From: Planctomycetota bacterium
Lineage (GTDB): Bacteria > Planctomycetota > MHYJ01 > WSZJ01
Reading direction: 5' to 3'
Assembly: GCA_038060895.1 (NCBI GenBank)
Contig: JBBTCT010000001.1
Coordinates: 160,001-224,000 of the forward strand
DNA length: 64,000 nucleotides
Shown here: piece after piece, positions 31,947 through 41,336 of the stretch
How the letters are laid out: the number at the start of each line of letters is the position of its first letter
Numbering within the stretch: position 1 is the stretch's first letter
Program-made: the position numbers and the translations under genes
Notes under the pieces: model-generated
What the model was told of the DNA's origin: nothing
Seen by the model: the letters and a program-made list of their open reading frames with translations, nothing else
Database searches by the model: none

Positions 31947-32819
31947 CTACCCCTTCGGACGCCAATGCCCGGCAATCATGTCCTCCGTGTAACCTCCGGC
32001 CACCTGCCCGGTCGAGGCGTAGCGGTAAAGCGCGACGTGGAAAACGCCCTGAAGGGCCGCTGACACGACGGCCAGGGCGATCCAGTAGAACAGGACGGCG
32101 CCCCCGATCATGACGGCGACGGGAATTCCAAGGGCGCCCTGGGAGCCCAGGTAGATCGCAAAACCGATCGGGAGCAGGCCGATCATGAAGAGCATCCCGA
32201 AGAACAATCCCATTCCACCTTCCCCGACGACCGCCTCGCCCCAGGTTTTCTTGAAGAGCTCCCCGGATCGCGTGATGGCGCGGCCGACGCCGGCCCCTTC
32301 AAAGATCATGACCGGCACCGCAAAGTACGTGAGCAGCGACCAGGCGAGACCGAGAAGCGAGGTGATGATCTTGCCGACAAGCCCCGACTTTTCAGAGATG
32401 ACCCTCAGGACCATCCCGACGGTCGCAGCGACCAGCGCCCACATGAAGATCGGGCCGACGTTCGCGAAAGCCCCCCGGAATCCGTCCGCAACGGTCGGAT
32501 CGCCGCCGTCCATCCGCTTCGCGGCGCAGTGCATCACGCCGACGTTGAAGAAGATCGTGATGAAGTAGCTGACGAGGTAGAAGAGGAACGAGTAGGCGTA
32601 CCACGCCGCCTCGATGTGGACCTTCGAGTCCTGCGGCTGCCCGGCCGGAGCCTGAGGCTGATTCACTCCGAACACGATGACCGGGACAATGAAGGACGCG
32701 GCAACCAGGAGTGAGGCGAGCGCCGAGAGCACCGGGAAGATCATGATCTCCTTGTCCTGCCGGAGGACGGCCCAGCTGTGGGTGACGAGCTGGTAGCTGC
32801 GTGAGAAGCTTCCGAACAT
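31947..32819 (-). CDS. Integral membrane protein (DUF6159-like)
   Basis: SWAVLRQDKEIMIFP, RSGELFKKTWGE, ALYRYA; about six hydrophobic segments. Confidence 0.8.
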   Translation of the reverse strand: MFGSFSRSYQLVTHSWAVLRQDKEIMIFPVLSALASLLVAASFIVPVIVFGVNQPQAPAGQPQDSKVHIEAAWYAYSFLFYLVSYFITIFFNVGVMHCAAKRMDGGDPTVADGFRGAFANVGPIFMWALVAATVGMVLRVISEKSGLVGKIITSLLGLAWSLLTYFAVPVMIFEGAGVGRAITRSGELFKKTWGEAVVGEGGMGLFFGMLFMIGLLPIGFAIYLGSQGALGIPVAVMIGGAVLFYWIALAVVSAALQGVFHVALYRYASTGQVAGGYTEDMIAGHWRPKG

Positions 32820-32977
32820 GGGCGCTCCTGGAATGGAGAACAGGGCGATGTCGATCGATGGGAGAAAACGCTCCTCCCTTCACCACACACATTCCGTGCC
32901 GTTTCGGCTCCTCCTCAGGAGCTCCGCCAGGTCCCCGCAATCGTACACCGCTGTCCCCCGTGGTGCGTAACTGCGCA

Positions 32978-33955
32978 TTACTTCCCCGAGCCCTCGTCGG
33001 ATCCTTCGCTCCCGGTCGTCGTCTCCATCGGACCCATCACCCGGAGCTCAACCTCGCCGCCATCGCCGCCGTTCAGCTTCGGCCGGAGCTTTTCATCGGT
33101 GACGCGATAGAACCCCTTCGGCACGTCGCTCTGCTGGAATGTCAGCTGTGTGATGCGCACGGGGTTGAAGTCCACCTTGGCGTCGAGAACGTTTCGGAGA
33201 AGCGCGGGGTAGTCGGTCCACCGGAGTTTCTGCAGGCAGATGACCTGGCCGCCGCCGACGATCTTCGCTTTCTTGAGGTCCACCTTGTCCACGTGCGTCA
33301 TCAGGCCGCTTCCGCGCGAGTCGATCGTCCCTTCGAGCATCCCCAGAACGACGACCTCGGAGAGCCGGAACAGGCCGCTCGCCTCAACCGACTGCCTGCG
33401 AGCAACCGTTTCGAGAGTCCCGTCCCCTTTCTCCACCGGCGGATCTTTCGGCGCCTCACCGTCTTTCACGACCTCGTCCACCGGCTTCCCGGGGAACCAC
33501 CCGACCACCAGCAAACACCGCCCGTGCGCCGCGTCGGCGCGGTCGTGATTGGCCGTGACGTCACCGTAGCTCGATCCGCCGATGATGACCGTGAAGGGGC
33601 ACATCGCCTCGATCGTCCCTGAGAAGTTCGCGCCGATCAGGATGACCCCGCCCTTTTTTTCGATTCTGATGGAGCCGTTCACCGTCCCCTTCACGTACAG
33701 CGTCCCCGCAGCCAGCGCAATGTCGCCTTTCACGCTGTCCGCAACGTAAACCCCCTCCGCAAGCTTCTGCGGCTTCTCGACCGCGCCCAGTTTCTTCGCG
33801 TCGTCGCCGGGAAGCGCGGGCAGGTCCTTGACCTGGTGCTGGCACGGGCACCCGAATCCCGCGGTCGGACCCTCGGCCTTTTCAAGGCCGGCCGGGACCT
33901 TGTCCTGGGCGTGCGCGATGAGTGCGAGGAGTGGGAACAGCAGCAGGGATCTCAT
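32978..33955 (-). CDS. Secreted hypothetical protein, Gly-rich beta-solenoid-like
   Basis: Signal peptide (LIAHA), repeated short G-x-I beta motifs. AAGGAG SD. Confidence 0.7.
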   Translation of the reverse strand: MRSLLLFPLLALIAHAQDKVPAGLEKAEGPTAGFGCPCQHQVKDLPALPGDDAKKLGAVEKPQKLAEGVYVADSVKGDIALAAGTLYVKGTVNGSIRIEKKGGVILIGANFSGTIEAMCPFTVIIGGSSYGDVTANHDRADAAHGRCLLVVGWFPGKPVDEVVKDGEAPKDPPVEKGDGTLETVARRQSVEASGLFRLSEVVVLGMLEGTIDSRGSGLMTHVDKVDLKKAKIVGGGQVICLQKLRWTDYPALLRNVLDAKVDFNPVRITQLTFQQSDVPKGFYRVTDEKLRPKLNGGDGGEVELRVMGPMETTTGSEGSDEGSGK

Positions 33956-34159
33956 GAGGTCTCCTTCGATTCAGTAGCCTTGTTTTCCACCTTCGAACGA
34001 ACCGGAAGCATAGCGCAATTCGCTCAGGCCACGATTCGGCCTTTGTACAATCGCGGGCATGCTTCCCTGGTCCTGGAACAAGCTGTACCGGACGCGTCCG
34101 GAGAAGCTTCCGCGGCACTCCGGATCGGCGGAGCCGTGGGCGCTTTTCGCGAAACGACG

Positions 34160-35446
34160 TTGAAGCCCTTCCGCTCGGCCCGCGCCGCGCTCGCCTACCT
34201 GTCGCGCTTCACCAATTACGAGAAGACGCCGCCGAAGGGGCGACGGACGCCGTACGACCTGGCCCGGATGCGGCGGCTGTGCGAAGCGCTGGGGCATCCT
34301 GAGAGGGCGTTCGCGGCGTATCACGTGACGGGGACGAAGGGGAAAGGCTCGACGGCGCATTATCTGGCGGCGGCGTTCGGGGAAAACGCGGGGCTGTATA
34401 CGTCTCCGCACCTCTCGTCGATGCTGGAGCGGATCCGGGTCGGCGGTTGCCCTGTGTCGGGAAAGCGGTTCGCGGCGCTGATGACGCGCGTGGTCGCGAA
34501 ATCCGAGACGGCCCCCGGTGAGTTCGCGACGTACTTTGAACTCATGACCGCCTGCGCGTTCGAGGCGTTTCGCGGGTGCGGCGTGGCGGTCATCGAGGTC
34601 GGGCTCGGCGGCAGGCTTGACGCCACCAACGTCCTCCCGGCGCCGCTGGCCTGCGGGATCACTTCGATCGACTGGGACCACATGGACCGGCTCGGCAACA
34701 CGCTGGAGAAAATCGCGGCGGAAAAGGCCGGGATCGTCAAGCCGGGCGCCGTCGTCGTGACGGCTGAGCGCAAGCCCGGCCCGCTCGGCGTGATCCGGCG
34801 GGCCGCGGCGCGCGCCGGGTGCCGGCTGCTGATCGTGGGAAGGGAGGTTCGGATCGACGAAGCGGTCTCCGACGGGCGGGACCGGTGGAGCGCGACACTT
34901 TCGATGAAGGGGTCGCCGTCCATGCGCGTTACGCTCGCGACGCCGGGCCGGCACCAGCTCGACAACTTCGCGGTCGCCTGGGCGATGGCGCAGTCCACCG
35001 CGCCGCTGCCCGCCGCGCACTGGCGCGCTGCGGCCTCCGTCCAGATCCCCGCGCGCCTGCAGCTGTTCCCGGGCGCGCCCCCCGTCCTCCTGGACGTCGC
35101 GCACAACCCGGTCTCCCTGCGCGCCCTCGCCGTCCACCTGGCCCGCGCGTTCCCGCGGCGCCGCACCGCGCTCGTCTTCGGAACGTCGTCCGACAAGGAT
35201 GTCGCTGCCAATGTGGAAGCGGTCGCCGGCGCCGCGGACGCGCTCTTCTTCGCGGCCGCCCGCCATCCGAGGGCGTCTGACCCCGCCACGCTCCGGGCGC
35301 TGGCCGGCCGCGGCGAGGCGTTCGCGAACGCACGGCGCGCTCTTGACGCAGCGCGTCAATATGCCGGAAAACGCGGGCTCGTCGTCGTCGCCGGCTCGTT
35401 TTACCTCGCCGGCGACCTGCTGCCGTCGATCCGCCGGCGCCCGTAG
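34160..35446 (+). CDS. folC: Folylpolyglutamate/dihydrofolate synthase
   Basis: HVTGTKGKGST, YTSPHL..ERI, EVGLGGRLDATNV, LGNTLEKIAAEKAGI, LDVAHNP, GSFYLAG. TTG start is approximate. Confidence 0.93.
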   Translation: MKPFRSARAALAYLSRFTNYEKTPPKGRRTPYDLARMRRLCEALGHPERAFAAYHVTGTKGKGSTAHYLAAAFGENAGLYTSPHLSSMLERIRVGGCPVSGKRFAALMTRVVAKSETAPGEFATYFELMTACAFEAFRGCGVAVIEVGLGGRLDATNVLPAPLACGITSIDWDHMDRLGNTLEKIAAEKAGIVKPGAVVVTAERKPGPLGVIRRAAARAGCRLLIVGREVRIDEAVSDGRDRWSATLSMKGSPSMRVTLATPGRHQLDNFAVAWAMAQSTAPLPAAHWRAAASVQIPARLQLFPGAPPVLLDVAHNPVSLRALAVHLARAFPRRRTALVFGTSSDKDVAANVEAVAGAADALFFAAARHPRASDPATLRALAGRGEAFANARRALDAARQYAGKRGLVVVAGSFYLAGDLLPSIRRRP

Positions 35447-35497
35447 CGGACGCCGTTCACTCGTCGCCTGCAACGCACCGCTGCTACACTGATCCCA

Positions 35498-37258
35498 ATG
35501 CCGCGCACCCCTTCCAACGAGGATCTTCTCGTCGGCCGAATCGCACTCGCCAGCGGGCTCCTCACGCGCGACAAACTCGACGAGTGCATCCACCTCTTCG
35601 AATCCTCGGAACTCCCCCCTACGCTCGGCGAGGTCTTCGTCGAGCGCGGCTACCTGACCCGCGAACGCCTCGCCATGCTCACCGCCGTCGTCGATCGCGA
35701 CCTCCCCGCCCCGGTCGCCGCTTCCCCGACGCCCGTCCCCCAGAAATCCATCACGCCCCTTCCGGATTCCCTCACCGAGTCCGCATTCTTCGGCAAGATC
35801 GCCATCCGCGAAAACCTCGTCACGCACGAGCAGCTCTTCGAGTGCCTGGACCAGCAGGTACGGCTCGAGAAGGAAGGCAAGGCGCGGCAGCTCGGCGAGA
35901 TCATGGTGGACAAGGGATACCTGAAGCTGGGCGACGTGACGCGGCTTCTGCGGTTGCAGAAGAAAGTGGTGATGAAGTGCCCCACCTGCGAGGCGTCGTT
36001 CACGGTCAGCGAGGAGCTGGCGAAGACGAAGCTGCCGTGCCAGCAGTGCAAGGCGCTGCTGATCCCCGTGAAGCGATTGGTGACGGCGCGGACGGAGACG
36101 ATTACGGCGACGGGGGCTGTGCAGGACTCGATCATCGGGAAGATGTTCAGCGGGGTGCAGGTGACGCAGCGCGTCGGGCGCGGCGGGATGGCGACCGTGT
36201 ACAAGGGAATCCACATCGCGCTGAACAAGCCCATGGCAGTAAAGATCCTGTCGGTTTCGGTGAAGGACCCGGACATGATCCAGCGCTTCGTGAAGGAAGC
36301 GCGGTCGGTGGCGAAGCTGGAGCATGCGAACATCGTGCAGGTCTACAACGTGGGGCAGAAATTCGGCTACACGTTCATCCTGATGCAGTTCATCGAAGGT
36401 CACACGATCGCGGAGATCCTGGACCACAAGAAGAAGATCCCTCCGGGGCAGGCGATCAAGATCGTGCGGGAGATTGCGAAGGGTCTCGGGTACGCGCACC
36501 GGATGGGCCTGGTGCACCGGGACGTGAAGCCGGACAACGTGTTCGTGACGGTGGACGGCGAGGTCAAAGTCGGGGATTTCGGGCTTGCGATCGAGACCAG
36601 GAGCGTGCGCAAGACGGACACGATCACGGGGACGCCCTACTACATGCCTCCGGAACAGTGGCGAGGCGACCCGCAGGACGGGCGCAGCGACATCTACTCG
36701 CTCGGCGTGACGTTCTATTACTTCGTGACGGGGAGACGGCCCTTTGAAGGCGAGGGCCCGATCATCCTCATGGAGCAGCACATGCACGAACGCCCGCGGA
36801 CGCCCGCTTCGCACAACCCCGACATCCCGCAGGGCGTCTCCGCCGTGATCATGAAAATGATCGCGAAAAAACCTGCGGACCGGTACCAGTCCGCCGAGGA
36901 ACTGCTTGCGGACCTGGAGCGGGTCGAAAGCGGCCGCGAGCCGCTGGCGCCGCCGGACCCCAGCGAAATGCTCACGTGCCGCTTCTGCCAGGCGCAGAAC
37001 AAGCCGACGGCGAAGAAGTGCATGGACTGCGGGGAGAATCTCGGCGCGAACATCGAGATGCTGCTGATGGACAACGAGTTCCAGTGCCCGAAGTGCCGGA
37101 ACGCGGTGACGATGGGAGTACGGATGTGCGAGTCGTGCGGCATGATGTTCTGCAAGTCGTGCAAGATCTCGCCGGTGGCGGCAGGGACGCAGTACTGCCC
37201 CCAGCATCAGGAGCCGCCGCCGCAGTTTCCGGAGCGCAGGCAGGTCCGGAAAAAATAA
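35498..37258 (+). CDS. Cytoplasmic Ser/Thr kinase with MshEN-like repeats and zinc ribbons
   Basis: GRGGMATV, HRDVKPDN, DFGLA, GTPYYMPPEQ. CxxC pairs before and after the kinase domain. Confidence 0.92.
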   Translation: MPRTPSNEDLLVGRIALASGLLTRDKLDECIHLFESSELPPTLGEVFVERGYLTRERLAMLTAVVDRDLPAPVAASPTPVPQKSITPLPDSLTESAFFGKIAIRENLVTHEQLFECLDQQVRLEKEGKARQLGEIMVDKGYLKLGDVTRLLRLQKKVVMKCPTCEASFTVSEELAKTKLPCQQCKALLIPVKRLVTARTETITATGAVQDSIIGKMFSGVQVTQRVGRGGMATVYKGIHIALNKPMAVKILSVSVKDPDMIQRFVKEARSVAKLEHANIVQVYNVGQKFGYTFILMQFIEGHTIAEILDHKKKIPPGQAIKIVREIAKGLGYAHRMGLVHRDVKPDNVFVTVDGEVKVGDFGLAIETRSVRKTDTITGTPYYMPPEQWRGDPQDGRSDIYSLGVTFYYFVTGRRPFEGEGPIILMEQHMHERPRTPASHNPDIPQGVSAVIMKMIAKKPADRYQSAEELLADLERVESGREPLAPPDPSEMLTCRFCQAQNKPTAKKCMDCGENLGANIEMLLMDNEFQCPKCRNAVTMGVRMCESCGMMFCKSCKISPVAAGTQYCPQHQEPPPQFPERRQVRKK

Positions 37259-37342
37259 GGGATCCCGGATCCCCGGTCCCCCCCTGTCCCACCCGCGCCC
37301 GAAATGGTTCAATCTCGCCCCGACGTCTGCCGCACTAAATGG

Positions 37343-37420
37343 CGGGGTGTAGCGCAGCCTGGTTAGCGCGCCACGCTTGGGACGTGGAGGTCGGCGGTTC
37401 GAATCCGCCCACCCCGACCA
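37343..37420 (+). tRNA. tRNA-Pro (UGG)
   Basis: Acceptor stem CGGGGTG/CACCCCG plus ACCA, anticodon arm CCACG-CTTGGGA-CGTGG, T-loop GTTCGAATC. Confidence 0.97.
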
Positions 37421-37454
37421 TTTGCGGATCCTTCCGGCTCTCGAGGCGCACCCG

Positions 37455-37910
37455 ATGGGACTGACTCAGAAGATCGCCGACGAAATGAAGGTCGCGATGA
37501 AAGCGAAGGACCAGTCGCGGCTCGACGCCCTTCGCCTCATCAAGGCCGCCCTCATGCACAAGGAAGTCGCTTCCGGCGTCCACAAAGAGCTGACGGAGGC
37601 GGAGGAGATTTCGGTGGTCCAGGCGCTGGTGAAGCAACGGAAGGACTCGATCGAGCAGTTCACGAAGGGGGGGCGACCGGAGCTCGCGGCGAAAGAGGCT
37701 GCGGAGCTGAAAATCGCCGAGGCGTTCCTGCCGGCGGGACCTTCGGACACGGAGCTATCCGCCGCGATCGAAGCCGCGGTGACGGAAACTTCGGCGACCG
37801 GCCCGAAGGACATGGGCAAAGTGATGAAGGCGCTCAAGGACAAGTTCGCAGGCAAGGCGGTGGACGGCGGAGCGCTTTCCGCGAAGGTCAAGGCCCGGCT
37901 GGGCGGGTAG
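37455..37910 (+). CDS. GatB/YqeY domain protein
   Basis: MKVAMKAKD, KQRKDSIEQF..GGRPELA, KDMGKVM. Confidence 0.93.
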   Translation: MGLTQKIADEMKVAMKAKDQSRLDALRLIKAALMHKEVASGVHKELTEAEEISVVQALVKQRKDSIEQFTKGGRPELAAKEAAELKIAEAFLPAGPSDTELSAAIEAAVTETSATGPKDMGKVMKALKDKFAGKAVDGGALSAKVKARLGG

Positions 37911-37982
37911 AATCCCGCCTCCCGGGAAGATCCGTTGCACGCCCGTTGTTACAGGTCCATCCCCCATGAAAGCGAGCCATCG

Positions 37983-38987
37983 ATGAGCAGGGTGTTTCTG
38001 GCCGCCGGAATCGCACTCGCCCTCTGCCGCGCCGCTTCGGCCGGCGGCATCGAGTGGATCGACAACGATTACGACAAGGCCGTCGCGAAGGCGAAGGAGG
38101 CCGGCAAACTCGTCCTCGTGCACTGGCGCAAGGACGGCTGCCACTGGTGCACCGATCTCCAGGAGAAGACGCTCGCGACCGACGATGTCGCGAAGTTTCT
38201 CGGCGAGACCTGCGTCAGCGTGCGAATGGACCGCGCGAAATACGGCCAGCTCGCGGAGAAATTCCACGTCGATGCCACCCCCGACACCCAGTTCCACTCC
38301 AGCGACGGGCGCGTCGTCAAACGCATCGTCGGATTCCTCCCGGCGGAGCAGTTCCTGGCGGAAGCGCAATCGGCGCCGGAAGCGTGGAAGCGGATTCAGG
38401 AACTCGAGGCCGCCATCGCCAAAGACGACAAGGACGCCGCTTCGAAGCTCGACCTGGGCCGTCTCCTGGCCGCGGCCGGTGATCTCGACGCGGCGGACAG
38501 GCACCTGCGCGCCGCCGCGGGCCTGGACACGGACAACGCGAAGGGGCTGGCGCTGGAAGCCTGGTGGACTATGGCGGACTCACGGATGCGCGAGCCGCGT
38601 CCGGACGTAGGTCTGGCCAAGGAAGCGCTCGCGAAAGTGCAGGAGCTGGACCCGAAGAACGAAAAGGGACGGATGGACAATGCGGCGGTGCAGCTCGCGC
38701 GCATCGAGCTCAATGCGGCGCCGAAGCTTGCAAAGGCCTCGCTGGAGAAAATCATGGCGGACTACCCCGGCACCGACGGGGCGGCAGAAGCGATGTTCGT
38801 CCTCGCGGCCGATGTCCTCGTCGATATCGACCGCAACTTCGACGCCGGGGAAGCTATGCTGAAGAAGCTCGCGGCGGAGATGCCTGAGGATCCGTGGGCG
38901 AAGCGCGTCCCGGCCGCCCTGGAACAACTCGCCGTCATCCGCAAGGAATCCACGAAGGACATCAAGAAAGAGGGAGAAGAAAAATGA
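37983..38987 (+). CDS. Exported thioredoxin-fold (CHWC) + TPR protein
   Basis: Signal peptide, IEWIDNDYDKAVAKAKEAGKLVLVHWRKDGCHWC, cis-Pro loop ATPDT, helical repeats. Confidence 0.88.
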   Translation: MSRVFLAAGIALALCRAASAGGIEWIDNDYDKAVAKAKEAGKLVLVHWRKDGCHWCTDLQEKTLATDDVAKFLGETCVSVRMDRAKYGQLAEKFHVDATPDTQFHSSDGRVVKRIVGFLPAEQFLAEAQSAPEAWKRIQELEAAIAKDDKDAASKLDLGRLLAAAGDLDAADRHLRAAAGLDTDNAKGLALEAWWTMADSRMREPRPDVGLAKEALAKVQELDPKNEKGRMDNAAVQLARIELNAAPKLAKASLEKIMADYPGTDGAAEAMFVLAADVLVDIDRNFDAGEAMLKKLAAEMPEDPWAKRVPAALEQLAVIRKESTKDIKKEGEEK

Positions 38988-39919
38988 AGCGCCTCCAACT
39001 CGCCGCCGCTTTCCTTGCCGCCGCCGCGATCGCGCGAGCCGACGGCGTGGACTGGGTGACCGACTACTCCAAGGGCCTTGAGAAGGCGAAGGAGTCCGGG
39101 AAACTCGTACAGGTGCACTTCACGGCCGACTGGTGAAACGCCTGCAAAGTCATGGATACGGATACGTATTCCAACGCCGACATCGCGAAGTACCTGAACG
39201 AGACTTTCGTCAACATCCGGATCGACACCGACAAAGACCCGGACACCGCGAAGAAGTTCAAGGTCCGCGCCATCCCGGACACCCGCTTCCTCGACTCCGG
39301 CGGGAAAGAGCTTCTGCGGATCATCGGACATCGCGCGGAGTTCTTCGACCAGGTGAAGTCCCTGGGTGAAATCGCGGCGGTTGAGTTATCGGTGAAAAAC
39401 AACCCGAAGAACGTCCCGACGCTGATCGCCGCTTCCATCGTTTACCTGAAGCTGGGCCGCATTGATGAAGCCGGCGCGCTGCTGGAAACGGCGATCGACA
39501 ACGACCGGGACAACGCGAGCGGAAAGCGCGAAGAGCTTTTTTACCGCCTCGGCCTCGTGAACATGAAGGCCGGGAACGATGCGAAGGCGGAGGCGGCGTG
39601 GGCGGAGGTCGGGAAAATGGACCCTGAGAACAAGAAGGGGTACATCGACGACCTGCAGTTCGACCGGTGCCTGAAGCAGACGGACGAGGAGGACTACCAC
39701 GGGGCGGAGCGTTCGCTGGGCGACTTTCTGAAGCGGTATCCGGACAGCGAGCACGTGCCGGAAGCCCGCTACCTGCTCGGCATGTCGCAGTTCTTCATGG
39801 AGAAGCGGGAAGACGCGGTTTCGACATGGAAGGACCTGATCCGCGAGAAGCCTGACACGGACGCGGCGAAGAAAGCGGAGAAGGGTCTGAAGTTCGCGGA
39901 GAAGAAAACGAAGAAGTAG
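38984..39919 (+). CDS. Exported thioredoxin-fold (UNAC) + TPR protein, predicted selenoprotein (Sec at codon 51)
   Basis: ATG 38984 overlaps the upstream stop. HFTADW-TGA(39134-39136)-NACKVM continues in frame into ORF 39152..39919. UxxC aligns with CHWC of the adjacent paralog. SECIS-like hairpin follows. Confidence 0.9.
39153..39173 (+). promoter_or_regulatory. Putative bacterial SECIS element (UNAC gene)
   Basis: UGGAUACG-GAUA-CGUAU(U)CCA hairpin; loop starts 25 nt after the UGA. Built from GAT/TAT synonymous codons that are uncommon in these genes. Confidence 0.75.
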
Positions 39920-39935
39920 AGCGGGCAGAATCCAG

Positions 39936-39969
39936 CGGGGCCGGCTCGTCGCCGGCCCCGTTTTGTTTT
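39936..39969 (+). terminator. Intrinsic terminator
   Basis: CGGGGCCGGC-TCGTC-GCCGGCCCCG followed by TTTTGTTTT. Confidence 0.8.
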
Positions 39970-39983
39970 GAGGGAGTGAGACG

Positions 39984-40532
39984 ATGCCCCGCCCCGCCGT
40001 CTTCCTGGACCGCGACGGAGTCCTCTGCGAGGACCGGACGGACTACGTGAAGTCGTGGTCGGAGTGGCGCTGGGTGCCAGGGGCGCTGGAGGGAGCGGCG
40101 GCGCTGGCGCGCGCCGGAAGGCTCCTGGTAGTGATCTCGAACCAGGCGTGCGTGGGCAAAGGAATTGTCGCGCGCGTGACGCTCGACGACATCCACGGCC
40201 GGATGAAGGACGACCTTGCGGCCGCGGGAGCGCCCCTGGCCGGGATTTACGTCTGCCCGCACACCGACGCCGACGCCTGCGCCTGCCGCAAGCCGAAACC
40301 GGGATTGCTCCTTGCTGCCGCCCGGGAACTCGACCTCGACCTCGCCGCGTCGGCGTTCATCGGCGACAACCTCCGCGACCGCGACGCCTCCACCGCCGCC
40401 GGAGTCGGCCGCTTCGTCCTCGCCCTTACGGGCCAGGGGGAGCGCTGGGCGGCGGAGGGGGCGGCGCAGGGGATTCCGCTCGAGACGGCGCCGGACCTGG
40501 TGGCGGCGGCGAGGGTGATCCTGGCGCCTTAG
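39984..40532 (+). CDS. gmhB: HAD-IIIA phosphatase, heptose-1,7-bisphosphate phosphatase-like
   Basis: FLDRDGVL, ISNQ, CPH...CACRKPKPG, IGD. Confidence 0.88.
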   Translation: MPRPAVFLDRDGVLCEDRTDYVKSWSEWRWVPGALEGAAALARAGRLLVVISNQACVGKGIVARVTLDDIHGRMKDDLAAAGAPLAGIYVCPHTDADACACRKPKPGLLLAAARELDLDLAASAFIGDNLRDRDASTAAGVGRFVLALTGQGERWAAEGAAQGIPLETAPDLVAAARVILAP

Positions 40533-40959
40533 CCGATGTTTTTTTTTCGCCCCGCTTCAACCCGGCCTGTTCCAGCCTCGTAACGACCGCTTCCCTGTTT
40601 CCGCGGAACCGCAGGAACAACCCGCGGAACGGGTCCAGCGGAGACGGCGACTCGAAGGGCGAGAGGTGGACGCCGATGGAGTGCGCGTAGAAGCGGCGGT
40701 ACCGGGTCCACGGCGCGCGCGTCGTAAGTCCGCAGAACCGGACTGAGATCGCGTCGGGGCGGAGCTCGTAGGCGGTCGGCAGGAACCACTTTCCCAGTGA
40801 AGCCGGGAGCAGGACCGCCGCGAGCCAGCCGAGATGGCCGAAGACGAGGAAGAACAGTGCGATGATTCCCGCGAGGGTCAGGACTTTGAGCGCCGCGCGC
40901 GGACCTTCGTCGCGGAGGGGCCACGCGGTCCAGGCGAGCGCTTCAGGATGCCCGGTCAT
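40426..40959 (-). CDS. Small membrane protein; 3' end uncertain (may be 40529)
   Basis: Two hydrophobic helices then FLPTAYEL, GVHLSPF...LDPFRGLFL. ATG overlaps the ridA stop. Confidence 0.75.
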   Translation of the reverse strand: MTGHPEALAWTAWPLRDEGPRAALKVLTLAGIIALFFLVFGHLGWLAAVLLPASLGKWFLPTAYELRPDAISVRFCGLTTRAPWTRYRRFYAHSIGVHLSPFESPSPLDPFRGLFLRFRGNREAVVTRLEQAGLKRGEKKTSAKAPGSPSPPPPGPAPSRAESPAPPPPPPSAPPGP

Positions 40960-41336
40960 GCCTTTGCGATGACGTCGATCTCGACCGCGGCGTCCTTCGG
41001 GAGCCGGGCGGCCTGGATGGTGGCGCGGGCTGGCGGATCCTTGGCGAAGTACTCGGCGTAGGCCGCATTCATCGCGGCAAAGTCGTTCATGTCCTTCAGG
41101 TACACCGTGGTTTTGACGACCCGGTCGAGGCCGCTTCCCGCCGCGGCAAGCACAGCCTTGAGGTTCTCGAGGGCGCGCCGCGTCTGCGCGCCGGTGTCGC
41201 CGGCGACCATCTGGCCCGTGGCGGGATCGAGGGGGATCTGGCCGGAAGCGAAGACCCAGCCGTCCATGACGACGGCCTGGGAGTAGGGGCCGATCGCCTG
41301 AGGTGCGCCGGGGGTGCTGACGGTCTTGCGGCTCAT
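40956..41336 (-). CDS. ridA: RidA/YjgF enamine deaminase
   Basis: APQAIGPYSQA, SGQIPLDP, PPARATI..ARLPK...VEID. Confidence 0.95.
   Translation of the reverse strand: MSRKTVSTPGAPQAIGPYSQAVVMDGWVFASGQIPLDPATGQMVAGDTGAQTRRALENLKAVLAAAGSGLDRVVKTTVYLKDMNDFAAMNAAYAEYFAKDPPARATIQAARLPKDAAVEIDVIAKA

Noticed and set aside
33971-37312. Very long antisense or alternate-frame ORFs (e.g. 33971..37312, 21687..24752, 14536..17100, 18361..21063, 10561..13065)
   Set aside because: Shadow ORFs caused by high GC3 codon bias opposite clear genes. They are Arg/Pro/Gly-rich with no motifs.
37343-37460. tRNA-Pro as an integration site for a prophage or island
   Set aside because: No integrase and no duplicated tRNA 3' end noticed. 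Flanking genes are host-like.
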